A stretch of 64,000 nt of DNA from an uncultured delta proteobacterium (GCA_963706575.1 CAVPNL010000001.1:96001-160000), one strand, 5' to 3'. Shown: positions 30,079 to 39,641, counted from the stretch's first letter. The notes: a model not told the origin generated them from the letters alone. Program-made: numbers and translations.

Positions 30079-30489
30079 TTATACGGTAAATAAAACGATC
30101 GCGATAAATGCGAATACCATTCCGGCGCCTTCTTTCAAGGTGATGGGCTCTTTCAAAATGAAATAGGCCAAAGCGATGGTGATCACCGGATTCAGGGCGA
30201 CAAGTGTGGCGATAACGGAAACCTTGCCTTTGGGCATGGCAAAAAGGTAAAACAGGGCCCCCAGCATACCCAGCAGCCCGGTAACAAAAGCCAGAGATAC
30301 GCCTTTGGGATGAATTTCAGGTTTAAAGCTCATGGAAAATAAGATGATGAGCGCAAAAATGGCGCTGCCCAAGCCTTCAAAAAGCGAAGCGCTCAGCGGA
30401 TTAATGTATCGGGTGGTAATTTTGGGGATAAAGCCCCAGATACCCCAACAGATCATTGTCATGCTTGCCGGTAACAGCCATTCTTTCAT
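30079..30489 (-). CDS. EamA/DMT family small transporter
   Basis: Five hydrophobic segments, ILKEPIT motif. Confidence 0.85.
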   Translation of the reverse strand: MKEWLLPASMTMICWGIWGFIPKITTRYINPLSASLFEGLGSAIFALIILFSMSFKPEIHPKGVSLAFVTGLLGMLGALFYLFAMPKGKVSVIATLVALNPVITIALAYFILKEPITLKEGAGMVFAFIAIVLFTV

Positions 30490-30773
30490 TTTTCGATTTT
30501 CCGTTTACCTGAGCGGCTTTTTTTATTTTATGGCCTTGCGAGCATACGCCATAAAATATAATTTCAGATTTTTATTAATTTTAATACAAGCTTAAGGTAT
30601 TAAGATAATTGGGCTAGTTTTAGCAAGCTTTTTTAGAAAAATTAGCCTAAACAGGACGATGAATGCCTGCAGCGCTCAAATTGGGTGTGTTTGATAGGCT
30701 GGACAATTAAAATTCCTTGACAGGGGGGCACCTATTAAACTTAGAATGAACCTTCTAATAAAAGTGAGAAAGC

Positions 30774-32933
30774 ATGACTGAATTTAAATATTCCAATATC
30801 AAAAAGGAAATACAAACTTACGGATTTGACGGGGTTGTCAAAAGCCATTGCCGAATGTGTCACGGCGGCTGCGGAGTTCTAGTCTATACCAAAAACGGCA
30901 AAGTTGCCAAGATTGCCGGTGATCCGGATTGCCCCATTAATCACGGCACGCTTTGCAGCAAGGGGCTTGCATCGGCCCAGCTGGTATATCATCCGGATCG
31001 ATTGACCTATCCTGTTCGAAGAGTCGGACCCAAGGCAAGCGGCCAATGGGAGCGAATTTCATGGGATGAGGCCCTGAATCACATCGCTGAAAAGATTCTT
31101 GTCTATAAGGACCAATTCGGGGCTGAATCTGTTGTAATGGGTTACGGGACCGGCAGGGAGAACGAGGCGGTCATTTATCGTTTTGCCAATCTGCTGGGGA
31201 GCCCCAACGTTCTGACCGCAGGTCACTTTTGCTATGGCCCGCGAATTGCCACCAGCATTATCACCTGCGGAACCAACCCCATTGCCGATTATGAAAACCA
31301 CCCCCGCTGCATCATGGTCTGGGGCAACAATCTGGTGATCAGCAACCCGGATTGTTACAAGGGCGAACCGTTTTCGGTCAGTCTGAATAAAGGCGCCAAA
31401 CTCATTGCGGTTGACCCGCGGTTGACCCGCATCGCGGCTCGCGCGGATGTATGGCTGCAACTCAGGCCCGGAACGGATGCCGCCCTTGCCCTGGGGATTT
31501 TGAATGTGATTGTGAATGAGGAGCTCTACGACCGGGAATTTGTGGAAAATTTCGTGTACGGTTGGGAGCCGTTCGTAAAGCGGGTCAACGAATACCCTTT
31601 GGAGAAGGTTGAAGAAATCACCTGGGTTTCCAAAGAAAAAATTCAGCAGGCCGCGCGGCTGTTCGCAACCACCAAACCGGCGGTTGTTCAGTGGGGGGTG
31701 GCCATTGAACAGCAGATCAATTGTGCCGATAACGACCGCTTGCTGATGGCACTCATGGGGATTACCGGAAACATCGATGTGCCCGGCGGGCAAGTCCTGT
31801 TTCAGACGCCTAGAATCCGGAATGTGGGCTATTTCGGCGCCCACCGGATGCTGCCCGATACGCAGCGTGAAAAACGTTTAGGCGGTGACCGGTTTCGCCT
31901 GGCCGGAAATTTTGCCATCATCAATCCAAAGTGTGTCTGGGACGCTATTCTCGATGAAAAGCCCTATCCGGTGAAAATGCTTTTTTTTATCAGCTCAAAT
32001 CCCGTCATGACCCGGGCCAATGCCAAAGAGGTTTACCGGGCGCTCGAAAAAGTGGATTTTATGGCGGTTTCTGATTTTTTTATGACCCCGACGGCTGAAC
32101 TGGCGGATATAGTGTTGCCGGCGGCCACCTGGCTTGAAATGGACTACATCGGAGATTACTGGAAACGACACGGTTACATTTTACCCAGACGTAAAGTGGT
32201 TCAGGTGGGGGAATGCCGGTCCGATCATGAAATGCTCAATGATCTGGCCCATCGTGTGGGCCAGGGGGAGCACTGGTGGGATGATTTTGAACAGGCGCTG
32301 GATTGGATATTGGAACCGCTGGGGATTTCATGGCAGGATTTCAAGCAGATGGACTACATGCGCGGCGAGGTGATCAACCAAAAGTATAAAGTAAAGGGAT
32401 TCAGCACACCGAGCCGGAAGTTTGAGCTATATTCCACCTCGCTAGAAAAATGGGGCTATGACCCCCTCCCGCAACACCGGGAACCACCAGAAAGCCCCTA
32501 CAGTACTCCTGACCGTTTCAAAGACTATCCGTATATCCTGATTACCGGCCGCAGGCAGCCCGGGTTTTTTCATACGGAAAACAGGCAGATCTCCTGGCTG
32601 CGTGAGCTTCACAGAGACCCAACAGTGGAAATCCATCCCCTGACCGCCAAGAAGGAAGGCATCAATGAGGGCGACTGGGTGGTTATTGAATCTCCCCGGG
32701 GTAAGGTCAGACAGCGGGCCAAATTATTTGAAGGTATGGACCCGCGAGTGGTTTCTGCCGAGCATGCCTGGTGGTTTCCTGAAAAAAATGACCCCGCTCA
32801 CGGATGGGAGGAATCCAACATCAATATTTTGACCGACAATGCATACGAGACCTGCGACCCCGCTATGGGCGCGACCCATGTCAGGACTCTCCTTTGCAGA
32901 ATATATCCTGAAAATCAAGGAACCGACTCATGA
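30774..32933 (+). CDS. Mo/W-bisPGD oxidoreductase, acetylene-hydratase-like family, paralog 1
   Basis: CRMCHGGC...C 4Fe-4S motif, AGHFC metal-ligand Cys, KPYPVK, FFMTPTAELAD; no Tat signal. Confidence 0.85.
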   Translation: MTEFKYSNIKKEIQTYGFDGVVKSHCRMCHGGCGVLVYTKNGKVAKIAGDPDCPINHGTLCSKGLASAQLVYHPDRLTYPVRRVGPKASGQWERISWDEALNHIAEKILVYKDQFGAESVVMGYGTGRENEAVIYRFANLLGSPNVLTAGHFCYGPRIATSIITCGTNPIADYENHPRCIMVWGNNLVISNPDCYKGEPFSVSLNKGAKLIAVDPRLTRIAARADVWLQLRPGTDAALALGILNVIVNEELYDREFVENFVYGWEPFVKRVNEYPLEKVEEITWVSKEKIQQAARLFATTKPAVVQWGVAIEQQINCADNDRLLMALMGITGNIDVPGGQVLFQTPRIRNVGYFGAHRMLPDTQREKRLGGDRFRLAGNFAIINPKCVWDAILDEKPYPVKMLFFISSNPVMTRANAKEVYRALEKVDFMAVSDFFMTPTAELADIVLPAATWLEMDYIGDYWKRHGYILPRRKVVQVGECRSDHEMLNDLAHRVGQGEHWWDDFEQALDWILEPLGISWQDFKQMDYMRGEVINQKYKVKGFSTPSRKFELYSTSLEKWGYDPLPQHREPPESPYSTPDRFKDYPYILITGRRQPGFFHTENRQISWLRELHRDPTVEIHPLTAKKEGINEGDWVVIESPRGKVRQRAKLFEGMDPRVVSAEHAWWFPEKNDPAHGWEESNINILTDNAYETCDPAMGATHVRTLLCRIYPENQGTDS

Positions 32934-33391
32934 AAACCTATGACCTGGAAATTGATAACGAAGCCTGCTGGGGTTGTAAGACCTGTGAAGTTGCCTGTAA
33001 ACAGGAGAACAGGGCACCTGACGGTGTCAAACTCATTTCTGTTTCGGAAGACGGGCCCGGGATGATCGCTGGAAAGCTCGATTTTGTTTACCGGGTAAAT
33101 CTGTGCAGACACTGCGATGACGCACCCTGTGCTGACGCCTGCCCCGAAGAAGCGATTGTCAGGCGATCCGACGGTATGGTGGTCATGGATTATGATCTGT
33201 GCACCGGTTGTCAGTCCTGCATCTCAGCGTGTCCGTACGATGCCATTGAATTTGACGATAATAAAGACATTGCCCAAAAGTGCAATCTTTGTCATCACCG
33301 GATTGAAAACGGTCTCATCCCCGCCTGCGCGGATAATGTCTGTCCGGCGCATTGCATATATTTTTCAATCAACGACACCCCTCCGCCTTGA
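32930..33391 (+). CDS. DmsB-like multi-[4Fe-4S] subunit
   Basis: CWGCKTCEVAC, CRHCDDAPC...C, CTGCQSCISACP and KCNLC motifs; ATGA overlap with upstream gene. Confidence 0.9.
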   Translation: MKTYDLEIDNEACWGCKTCEVACKQENRAPDGVKLISVSEDGPGMIAGKLDFVYRVNLCRHCDDAPCADACPEEAIVRRSDGMVVMDYDLCTGCQSCISACPYDAIEFDDNKDIAQKCNLCHHRIENGLIPACADNVCPAHCIYFSINDTPPP

Positions 33392-33503
33392 TTTTATCCT
33401 TGCAACAAGATAGAGAGGGCAATAGAGTAAAAAAGGACGCAGACAATTATGGAAAGAGCGGCTTACTGCGATTTCCGGTGCACATTTAAAAAGGAAAACT
33501 GAA

Positions 33504-33911
33504 ATGGTCAAATTTATGGTTAAATTTGTTGTTCTGATGTTGCTGCTGATGGGATGTGCTGGTCTTGCTAAGGAAGAAAAAAATTGGATGAAGTTTGACC
33601 AGACATCCAAGGCTTATCTTCTGGCGCTTCGCTGGGGAGAATATGAGGGCGCCTATGGTTTTAGAGGACATCCGAATATTAATGATAAAAAACCGGATTT
33701 TCAGGACCTCAGTGATGTCAGGGTAACATCTTACAAAGTCAAACAAACGATTATTTCAGAAAACAAAATGATCGTTATACAATTAGTCGATTTTCAGTAC
33801 TACCGGATGCGAAATGTAACCGTGAGAACCCTCACCGATCACCAAAAATGGAAATTTGACGAAGAAAAGGAAAAATGGTATCTCCTCAGTGATTTGCCGC
33901 ACTTTGAGTAA
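33504..33911 (+). CDS. Hypothetical lipoprotein
   Basis: Signal peptide with lipobox LMGC; Y..ALRWG motif. Confidence 0.7.
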   Translation: MVKFMVKFVVLMLLLMGCAGLAKEEKNWMKFDQTSKAYLLALRWGEYEGAYGFRGHPNINDKKPDFQDLSDVRVTSYKVKQTIISENKMIVIQLVDFQYYRMRNVTVRTLTDHQKWKFDEEKEKWYLLSDLPHFE

Positions 33912-34163
33912 ACATTAATTTTACACATATAAATTCGTTACGACTAGGACAGTATCAATCGATCCTGCATTGTTCTCCTACCTTGCCAATTAAAACACCT
34001 GCTGTTTTGGATGTTTTATGCAGGGAATCCTGCAAAATTTTCTCTCCCGAATAAATGTTCACTATATTTCAGAATGAAAAAAATGCTCGCATAGGCAGCG
34101 GAGTCATATCCTTAAAAAGTATTGACAATTTTTATGGTTCTGCTTAACAGATATTATCTTTAA

Positions 34164-34176
34164 TAAGTCAGACTTA
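34164..34176. promoter_or_regulatory. Candidate FadR/GntR operator upstream of rdhA1
   Basis: Palindrome TAAGTC-A-GACTTA, resembling FadR-subfamily GTCNGAC sites; TTGACA at 34122. Confidence 0.55.
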
Positions 34177-34198
34177 ATTATCGATAAAGAGGGGTATT

Positions 34199-35386
34199 AT
34201 GAGTATTGCAGCAACATTTCAGCGAGCATACAGAGCAAAAAAACTGGATCCTTATCCGCTGGAGATTCTCAAAAGAGTCGATCGCCCCACAACAAGGGTC
34301 ATAGACCATGAAATTCAACGGGTCGATGAGCGTGAAAGTGGTTTTAACCGGGCGCTGCGAGGCGACTGGGGACCCCAGCTTTCAAAGGAGAGGCATCGCT
34401 TTGTCGCCAAACATCCGTTATCGGGCGCTCTGGTCAATATGCAGTTCACCCTGAGTGAGCTTGTAGATGGTATGGCCGCCGCCAAAGAAGCCCCCGGCAC
34501 GGGCGACCCGGTTAAGATGGCGCGCCATATCAAAGAAGCCGCTTATTTTTTGCGCGCCGATCAGGTCGGGATCTGTAAATTGCCACCTTATGCGGTTTAC
34601 AGCCACGGCATGGACACCGGGGAACCCGTTGAACTGAATCATCGTTATGCCATTGCCATTTTAATCGATCAGGATTTTAAAACGGCTGATGCCAGCGTTG
34701 GAAACGACTGGATCAGCAATTCGATGAGTTTTTTGGCCTATTCCACCTCGGGATTTATTGCCTGTATCCTGGCCGACTATATTCGCAGACTGGGCTACTC
34801 CGCGCGTGCCCATCATGCCCGCAATTATCAAGTCGTGCTGCCGCCTATTTTGCTCTGGGCCGGTCTGGGAGAGATGTGCCGCATCGGAGATATCGTGCTC
34901 AATCCGTTTTTAGGACCGAGATTTAAGGCCGCCGTAGTTACCACCGATCTGCCCCTGGCCATAGACAAGCCCATCGATTTTGGGGTTCAGGACTTCTGTT
35001 CAAAATGCAAACAATGTGCGCGCTATTGTCCGTCGGGTGCGATTCCTTTTGGTGACAAGGTGATTTATAACGGCTACGAAAAATGGCCGAATGATATGGG
35101 AAAATGCACCAAACAGCGGGTGGGAAACAAGCAAGGCTCGGGTTGCGGCGTTTGTGTATGCGTCTGTCCCTGGAACAAACCCTACACACCGTTCCATCGA
35201 TTTATACAGTGGTCCATGCGCAACATCCCCGTAGCCCGGAACTTTGCCGTATGGGGAGATGAGCTTTTTGGATACGATCAACCCAATCTTAAAAACAAGT
35301 GGTGGCTGGATCTGGAGGATGTGGATGGAGAACTGGTGGTTCCAGCCCATGCAGGCTCCAGAGGTAACTTCCGGGAACCCAAATAA
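34199..35386 (+). CDS. rdhA: Reductive dehalogenase, soluble catabolic (NpRdhA/BhbA-like) type, no Tat signal
   Basis: YPLE.LKRVDRPTT, RVDERE..F.RA, AGLGE..R.G, LNPFLGPRFK...TTDLPL, CSKCKQCARYCP and CGVCVCVCPW motifs. Confidence 0.88.
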   Translation: MSIAATFQRAYRAKKLDPYPLEILKRVDRPTTRVIDHEIQRVDERESGFNRALRGDWGPQLSKERHRFVAKHPLSGALVNMQFTLSELVDGMAAAKEAPGTGDPVKMARHIKEAAYFLRADQVGICKLPPYAVYSHGMDTGEPVELNHRYAIAILIDQDFKTADASVGNDWISNSMSFLAYSTSGFIACILADYIRRLGYSARAHHARNYQVVLPPILLWAGLGEMCRIGDIVLNPFLGPRFKAAVVTTDLPLAIDKPIDFGVQDFCSKCKQCARYCPSGAIPFGDKVIYNGYEKWPNDMGKCTKQRVGNKQGSGCGVCVCVCPWNKPYTPFHRFIQWSMRNIPVARNFAVWGDELFGYDQPNLKNKWWLDLEDVDGELVVPAHAGSRGNFREPK

Positions 35387-35388
35387 AA

Positions 35389-35549
35389 ACCTAAATGGAT
35401 CGATTGCCGATCTTAGTCCGCCTGCGGCGGATCAGATGCCGTCCCGCATCCGTCATACTTTCTAGCGGATAGCGGAACAACATCTTCCTTGTAGCTGTGG
35501 CAATCCTCCAGAGGCGAATTTTCGACCTCGACAATCGCTCAGCTTAGGT
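35389..35549. repeat. Degenerate MITE-like element with a nested CCGCCTGCGGCGG hairpin
   Basis: Imperfect TIRs ACCTAAATGGATCGATTGCCGA / TCGACAATCGCTCAGCTTAGGT; starts 3 bp after the rdhA stop. Confidence 0.55.
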
Positions 35550-35579
35550 AAAAAGAAAAATTTTTTGGAAATAAAGCCA

Positions 35580-36338
35580 ATGGAAACTGAAGCATCGAAG
35601 CAAAAAAATATCGGGGAAGGCATGTTTCGACCCCTGAAAAAGAAACGGTTTTCCGATCAGATTGCGGATCTGATTCAGAAAAAAATTTTGGAGGACAGCC
35701 TTGAAGTCGGCACCAACCTTCCTTCGGAAAAAGCGATGGCAGATGAGTTTCAGGTCAGCCGTTCCGTGATCAGGGAAGCCCTGAGGATATTGGAGATATC
35801 GGGTCTTGTCAGTATCAAAAAGGGACCCACCGGTGGGATTTTTGTCTCCAACGTATATCATGCGCCCATCAAAAGATCGCTGAATAATCTGATCACCTGC
35901 GGTGAGGTTACGGTTGACCATCTCTATGATGCGCGTCTTTTGATCGAACCGCACATTGCCGGGCAGGCCGCCTTACACGCCGGTGAGGCGGATTTAGAAA
36001 AGTTTCGTGCACTATTTGAGGATTCTGCCGCCCATCTTGATGATCCCGTGCGCCTCAAAAAGAACAATCTTGAATTTCACCTATTGTTGGCGCGAGCTTC
36101 CGGTAACCCGGTTCTGACGGTAATGCTGGAGTCTGTATTTGAATTGTTGGCCGAACGAACCCTGAGTTATCTTGATCTCGAACTCGAAAGAAAATTTTTC
36201 AAAATCCATAAAGCGATATTCGAAGTGATTACCCGACGGCAACCTGAAGAAACCAGCCGGCTTATTCGGGAAGATATCATTGATGTCATGGAGACCTTGA
36301 AAACATTCAACAAGCACGAAGAGGTCGGGACCACCTAA
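35580..36338 (+). CDS. FadR/GntR family transcriptional regulator (start may be 35622)
   Basis: LPSE..MA.EF.VSRSVIREAL HTH and FCD domain (FH..LA.ASGN). Confidence 0.92.
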   Translation: METEASKQKNIGEGMFRPLKKKRFSDQIADLIQKKILEDSLEVGTNLPSEKAMADEFQVSRSVIREALRILEISGLVSIKKGPTGGIFVSNVYHAPIKRSLNNLITCGEVTVDHLYDARLLIEPHIAGQAALHAGEADLEKFRALFEDSAAHLDDPVRLKKNNLEFHLLLARASGNPVLTVMLESVFELLAERTLSYLDLELERKFFKIHKAIFEVITRRQPEETSRLIREDIIDVMETLKTFNKHEEVGTT

Positions 36339-36343
36339 AGGTT

Positions 36344-36469
36344 GGTTCAGGGCTCAAGGGTTTCACCGGTTCAAAGTCTTGTTACATTAGTTTAATTTGT
36401 CTCATTGGTTGAATTGGTTGGCTTAAACCGAACCAATTGAACGAATTAAACCAATCAAACCACTTAGAC
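36344..36469. repeat. Repeat family B, copy 2
   Basis: Degenerate GGTTCAG units, then TTGTTACATTAGTTTAATTTGTCTCATTGGTTGAATTGGTTGG...AACCAATTGAAC..ATTAAACCAATCAAACCA, colinear with 3324-3408. Confidence 0.85.
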
Positions 36470-36582
36470 ACAAATGATTTTTCTTAAACTTAATATGCGA
36501 TCGTTGAACTTTTGAACGAGAAGATCAACATCTGAAGCCATGAATTAACGGGATTGGATTAACACATTGGGAGTGTACGTAA

Positions 36583-38031
36583 ATGACTAATCTGTTAGGT
36601 TACATCGTTATTCTGGGACTTGCGCTCCAGGCTTTTATCGGACTCGCATTTTTGATTTCCTCCATCTGGGAAAAGGAAGAGCGGGCCTCGATATTTGCCG
36701 GCATTCAATTTTTAGGCATGTTCGGCTTACTGATTCTTTTTATCTACTGGCAGGCGAGCCGATTTTTCGAATCCGGTACCGGCCTTTTCATCTTAATCAG
36801 TTCTTTTATCGTCGGGATTCTGGCTGTCGTTTTTTGTGTGAGGCAGACACCGGTGAATCAACGCGCTTTGGAAGGCACCCGGGGTTTGATTGTCGGTGAG
36901 GTCAAACGTTTTGATGAGCGCAAGCACGTTTTTGCCAGAAACCGGGCCCTTAAACCGGGATCGGATCAATACAATGCGTTCTACAAGGAAAACCCGGAAC
37001 TTGAAGCAGGCGATGCCGCCAGAAGAGAAAAAGGCGGACCCATGGGCCATCCGGGCCGAGTAGACCGACCTCATGACGGCCCCAATGTGGCGGGCACCCT
37101 GGCATCGCTGTCGCTCTGCCTGTGGCTTTCATCTTTAGATAAGGTTAAGCCCCAGGCCCATCCGGAGTGTAAAGGTAAAAAGGTCGACATGAGTCCTGAA
37201 GAAGCCACTGTGCGGGTTAAAGGCTTCGCTAAAAATAGGGGCGCTGTTTTGGTGGGAGTCACCGAGATCAACCCCCTTTGGGTTTTTTCGCACAAAGGCG
37301 AGATTTTCCACGAAAATTGGGAGGACTGGGGCAGGCCCCTCGAAGCCAAGCATAAATATGCCATCGTGTTTGCCGAGGAGATGGATTTTGAAATGATCGG
37401 ATCGGCTCCGCATACACCGACGGTCATGGAAAGCATGAGCGCTTATGCCAAAGGCGCATTTATTGCCGCTCAACTTGCTAACTTCGTTGTCAATATGGGT
37501 TATTCGGCAACGACCGATCAACTGCGCTACTATGAAGAGTTGCTGGTTCCCCTGGCGGTGGATGCAGGCCTGGGAGAAGCGGGCCGCCTCGGGTATCTAT
37601 TGACACAGAAATATGGCCCGCGCGTGAGGTTGAGTGCTGTTACAACTGATCTTCCGCTGGTCCCCGACAAGCCGGTCGATATTGGTGTTGAACATTTTTG
37701 CAAAATTTGTAAAAAATGTGCAGTCTGTTGCCCTTCAAACTCCATACCGCTGGATGACCAAAAGGAGGTCAACGGGACGCTGCGCTGGAAATTAAATGCT
37801 GAAACCTGCTTTGACTACTGGGGGAAAGTCGGCACCGACTGCAACGTCTGCATGAAGGTGTGCCCCTGGAGTCATGCGAATACAATGCCCCACCAGTTGA
37901 TAAAGTGGCTGGTGAGTCGCAACAGCATTTCAAGACACCTCTTTGCGGTCATGGATGATATTTTTTACGGCAAACGCCCCAAGGCCAGACCGGCCCCCAA
38001 ATGGGCGCAGTTTAAACCCTATCATAAATGA
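36583..38031 (+). CDS. rdhA: Reductive dehalogenase with about three N-terminal transmembrane helices
   Basis: Hydrophobic first ~86 aa, no twin-arginine motif. RFDER..VFAR, DAGLGE.GR.G, GPRVRL..VTTDLPL, CKICKKCAVCCP and CNVCMKVCPW motifs. Confidence 0.88.
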   Translation: MTNLLGYIVILGLALQAFIGLAFLISSIWEKEERASIFAGIQFLGMFGLLILFIYWQASRFFESGTGLFILISSFIVGILAVVFCVRQTPVNQRALEGTRGLIVGEVKRFDERKHVFARNRALKPGSDQYNAFYKENPELEAGDAARREKGGPMGHPGRVDRPHDGPNVAGTLASLSLCLWLSSLDKVKPQAHPECKGKKVDMSPEEATVRVKGFAKNRGAVLVGVTEINPLWVFSHKGEIFHENWEDWGRPLEAKHKYAIVFAEEMDFEMIGSAPHTPTVMESMSAYAKGAFIAAQLANFVVNMGYSATTDQLRYYEELLVPLAVDAGLGEAGRLGYLLTQKYGPRVRLSAVTTDLPLVPDKPVDIGVEHFCKICKKCAVCCPSNSIPLDDQKEVNGTLRWKLNAETCFDYWGKVGTDCNVCMKVCPWSHANTMPHQLIKWLVSRNSISRHLFAVMDDIFYGKRPKARPAPKWAQFKPYHK

Positions 38032-38125
38032 TATTTTACAAATACGGCTTTGTACATCCGTACAAAGAAGAGATAAGTGCAACCCTATAATCTAACATAA
38101 TCACACCTACGAAAAAGGCTTGCTT

Positions 38126-39460
38126 ATGGACGTTAAACAAAAATATTGGAATCCTGTTCTGGAAACCCTGCCGCAGGAAAAAATTCATCAACTGCAGCTC
38201 AAAAAGTTCAAGCAGATTTTCAGGTGGACCTATGAGCATTCAAAATTCCACCGGCAGCTTTATGAGCAGGCTGGTATAAAGCCCGATGATATCCGGTCTT
38301 TTGAGAATATCCGGCAGGTACCCAAAGTGGAAAAGGCCATGATGCGGGACATCCAGCGTAAGGAGCCGTTTCCGTATGGTGATGCCCTCTGTGTGCCGCT
38401 TGATGAGGTCACCATCTTTCGCCAGACAAGCGGCACCACCGGCCAGCCCGTCTACCAGCCCGACACCTGGCAGGATTGGGAATGGTGGATGGAGTGCTGG
38501 TCGTATATCCTCTGGGCTCAGGGATACCGCCCGCAGGATCGGGTGTTTATGCCTTTTGGTTATAATATATTTGTGGCCTTCTGGGCCGGCCATTATGCTG
38601 CTGAAAAGATCGGTTGCGAAGTGATACCGGGAGGAGTTCTGGATACAAAGGCGCGGATTTTAAAGATCCAGGAACTGCAGGCCACAGCCATGATGGGCAC
38701 CCCCACCTATATTCTGGGGATGGCCGAAACTGCCCGCCTGAAAATGGGTATAGACCCCGCCCAGTTGCCGATCAGCAAAATTACCTGTGCCGGTGAAAGC
38801 GGTGCCAGCATTCCCAGCACCAAAAAGCGGCTGGAAGAGGCCTGGGGTGCCAAGGTTTACGATCACGCCGGCGCAACCGAAATCGGCGCCTGGTCATTTG
38901 AATGCACCGAACAACCCGGCGGCATGCATGCCAATGAAGCCTTGTTTCTGGTGGAAATCGAAGATTTTGAAACCGGTGAGATCATCGAGACGCCCGGGCG
39001 CAGAGGCAAAATGGTCATCACCGCCCTGGACCGTATGGCCCAGCCCTGTGTACGTTTTGATTCCAAAGATGTCATCGAATGGGCGGCCGAGCCGTGTTCC
39101 TGCGGCCGGACCTCACGCTTGATCAAGGGCGGCGTGGTGGGCCGGGCGGATGATATCACCAAGGTAAAAGGGGTGCTGCTGGCGCCATCGGCGATTGAAG
39201 AAGTGGTGCGCAGCATCGAAGGTTTGGGCGATGAATATGAAGTCATCGTGGAAAAAGCGGGGGATTCCGATCGGATCAAGCTCAGGGTGGAGGTGTTGCC
39301 GCAGGCCGAGGAACAATGCACGCTGATAGAAACCGAGCTGGTCGACCAGCTCAGGCTGAAGACCAATTTGCGGTATGATATTGAAATCTGCGGTTACGAA
39401 ACCCTGCCGCGGTATGAAGTCAAGGCCAAGCGTTTTAAAGACTTACGCAAAAAAAAGTAG
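38126..39460 (+). CDS. paaK: Phenylacetate-CoA ligase family protein
   Basis: TSGTTG, GATE, C.CGRT and GRADD..KVKGV motifs. Confidence 0.85.
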   Translation: MDVKQKYWNPVLETLPQEKIHQLQLKKFKQIFRWTYEHSKFHRQLYEQAGIKPDDIRSFENIRQVPKVEKAMMRDIQRKEPFPYGDALCVPLDEVTIFRQTSGTTGQPVYQPDTWQDWEWWMECWSYILWAQGYRPQDRVFMPFGYNIFVAFWAGHYAAEKIGCEVIPGGVLDTKARILKIQELQATAMMGTPTYILGMAETARLKMGIDPAQLPISKITCAGESGASIPSTKKRLEEAWGAKVYDHAGATEIGAWSFECTEQPGGMHANEALFLVEIEDFETGEIIETPGRRGKMVITALDRMAQPCVRFDSKDVIEWAAEPCSCGRTSRLIKGGVVGRADDITKVKGVLLAPSAIEEVVRSIEGLGDEYEVIVEKAGDSDRIKLRVEVLPQAEEQCTLIETELVDQLRLKTNLRYDIEICGYETLPRYEVKAKRFKDLRKKK

Positions 39461-39501
39461 AGCTAAGTTTTCAATAGTTGAGGGGCCGGGAAATTTCAAT
39501 T

Positions 39502-39573
39502 GTTATGCCCGCCTATGCGGGCATCCAGCTTTTTAGCAAGATATCTCTGGATTCCCGCTTGCGCGGGAATGAC
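39502..39573. repeat. REP-like inverted doublet (GTCATTCCCGC..GCGGGAATCCAG type)
   Basis: GTTATGCCCGCCTATGCGGGCATCCAG ... CTGGATTCCCGCTTGCGCGGGAATGAC. Confidence 0.8.
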
Positions 39574-39641
39574 TATTTAGCAATAAATAATTCTGAGAAT
39601 TCTGAAAATCCTGTCGAATAAAATAAAAATGAGGAAAAGCG

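Noticed and set aside
30774..32933. True acetylene hydratase
   Set aside because: The catalytic Asp position is His in both paralogs, and each has a redox partner subunit.
33912..34198. Cobalamin riboswitch upstream of rdhA
   Set aside because: A GGGAA is present, but I could not find the GCCACTG/B12-box elements. An Rfam scan would settle it.
34199..38031. Canonical organohalide-respiration rdhAB cluster
   Set aside because: No twin-arginine signal, and no rdhB, rdhC, rdhK or rdhT genes were seen.
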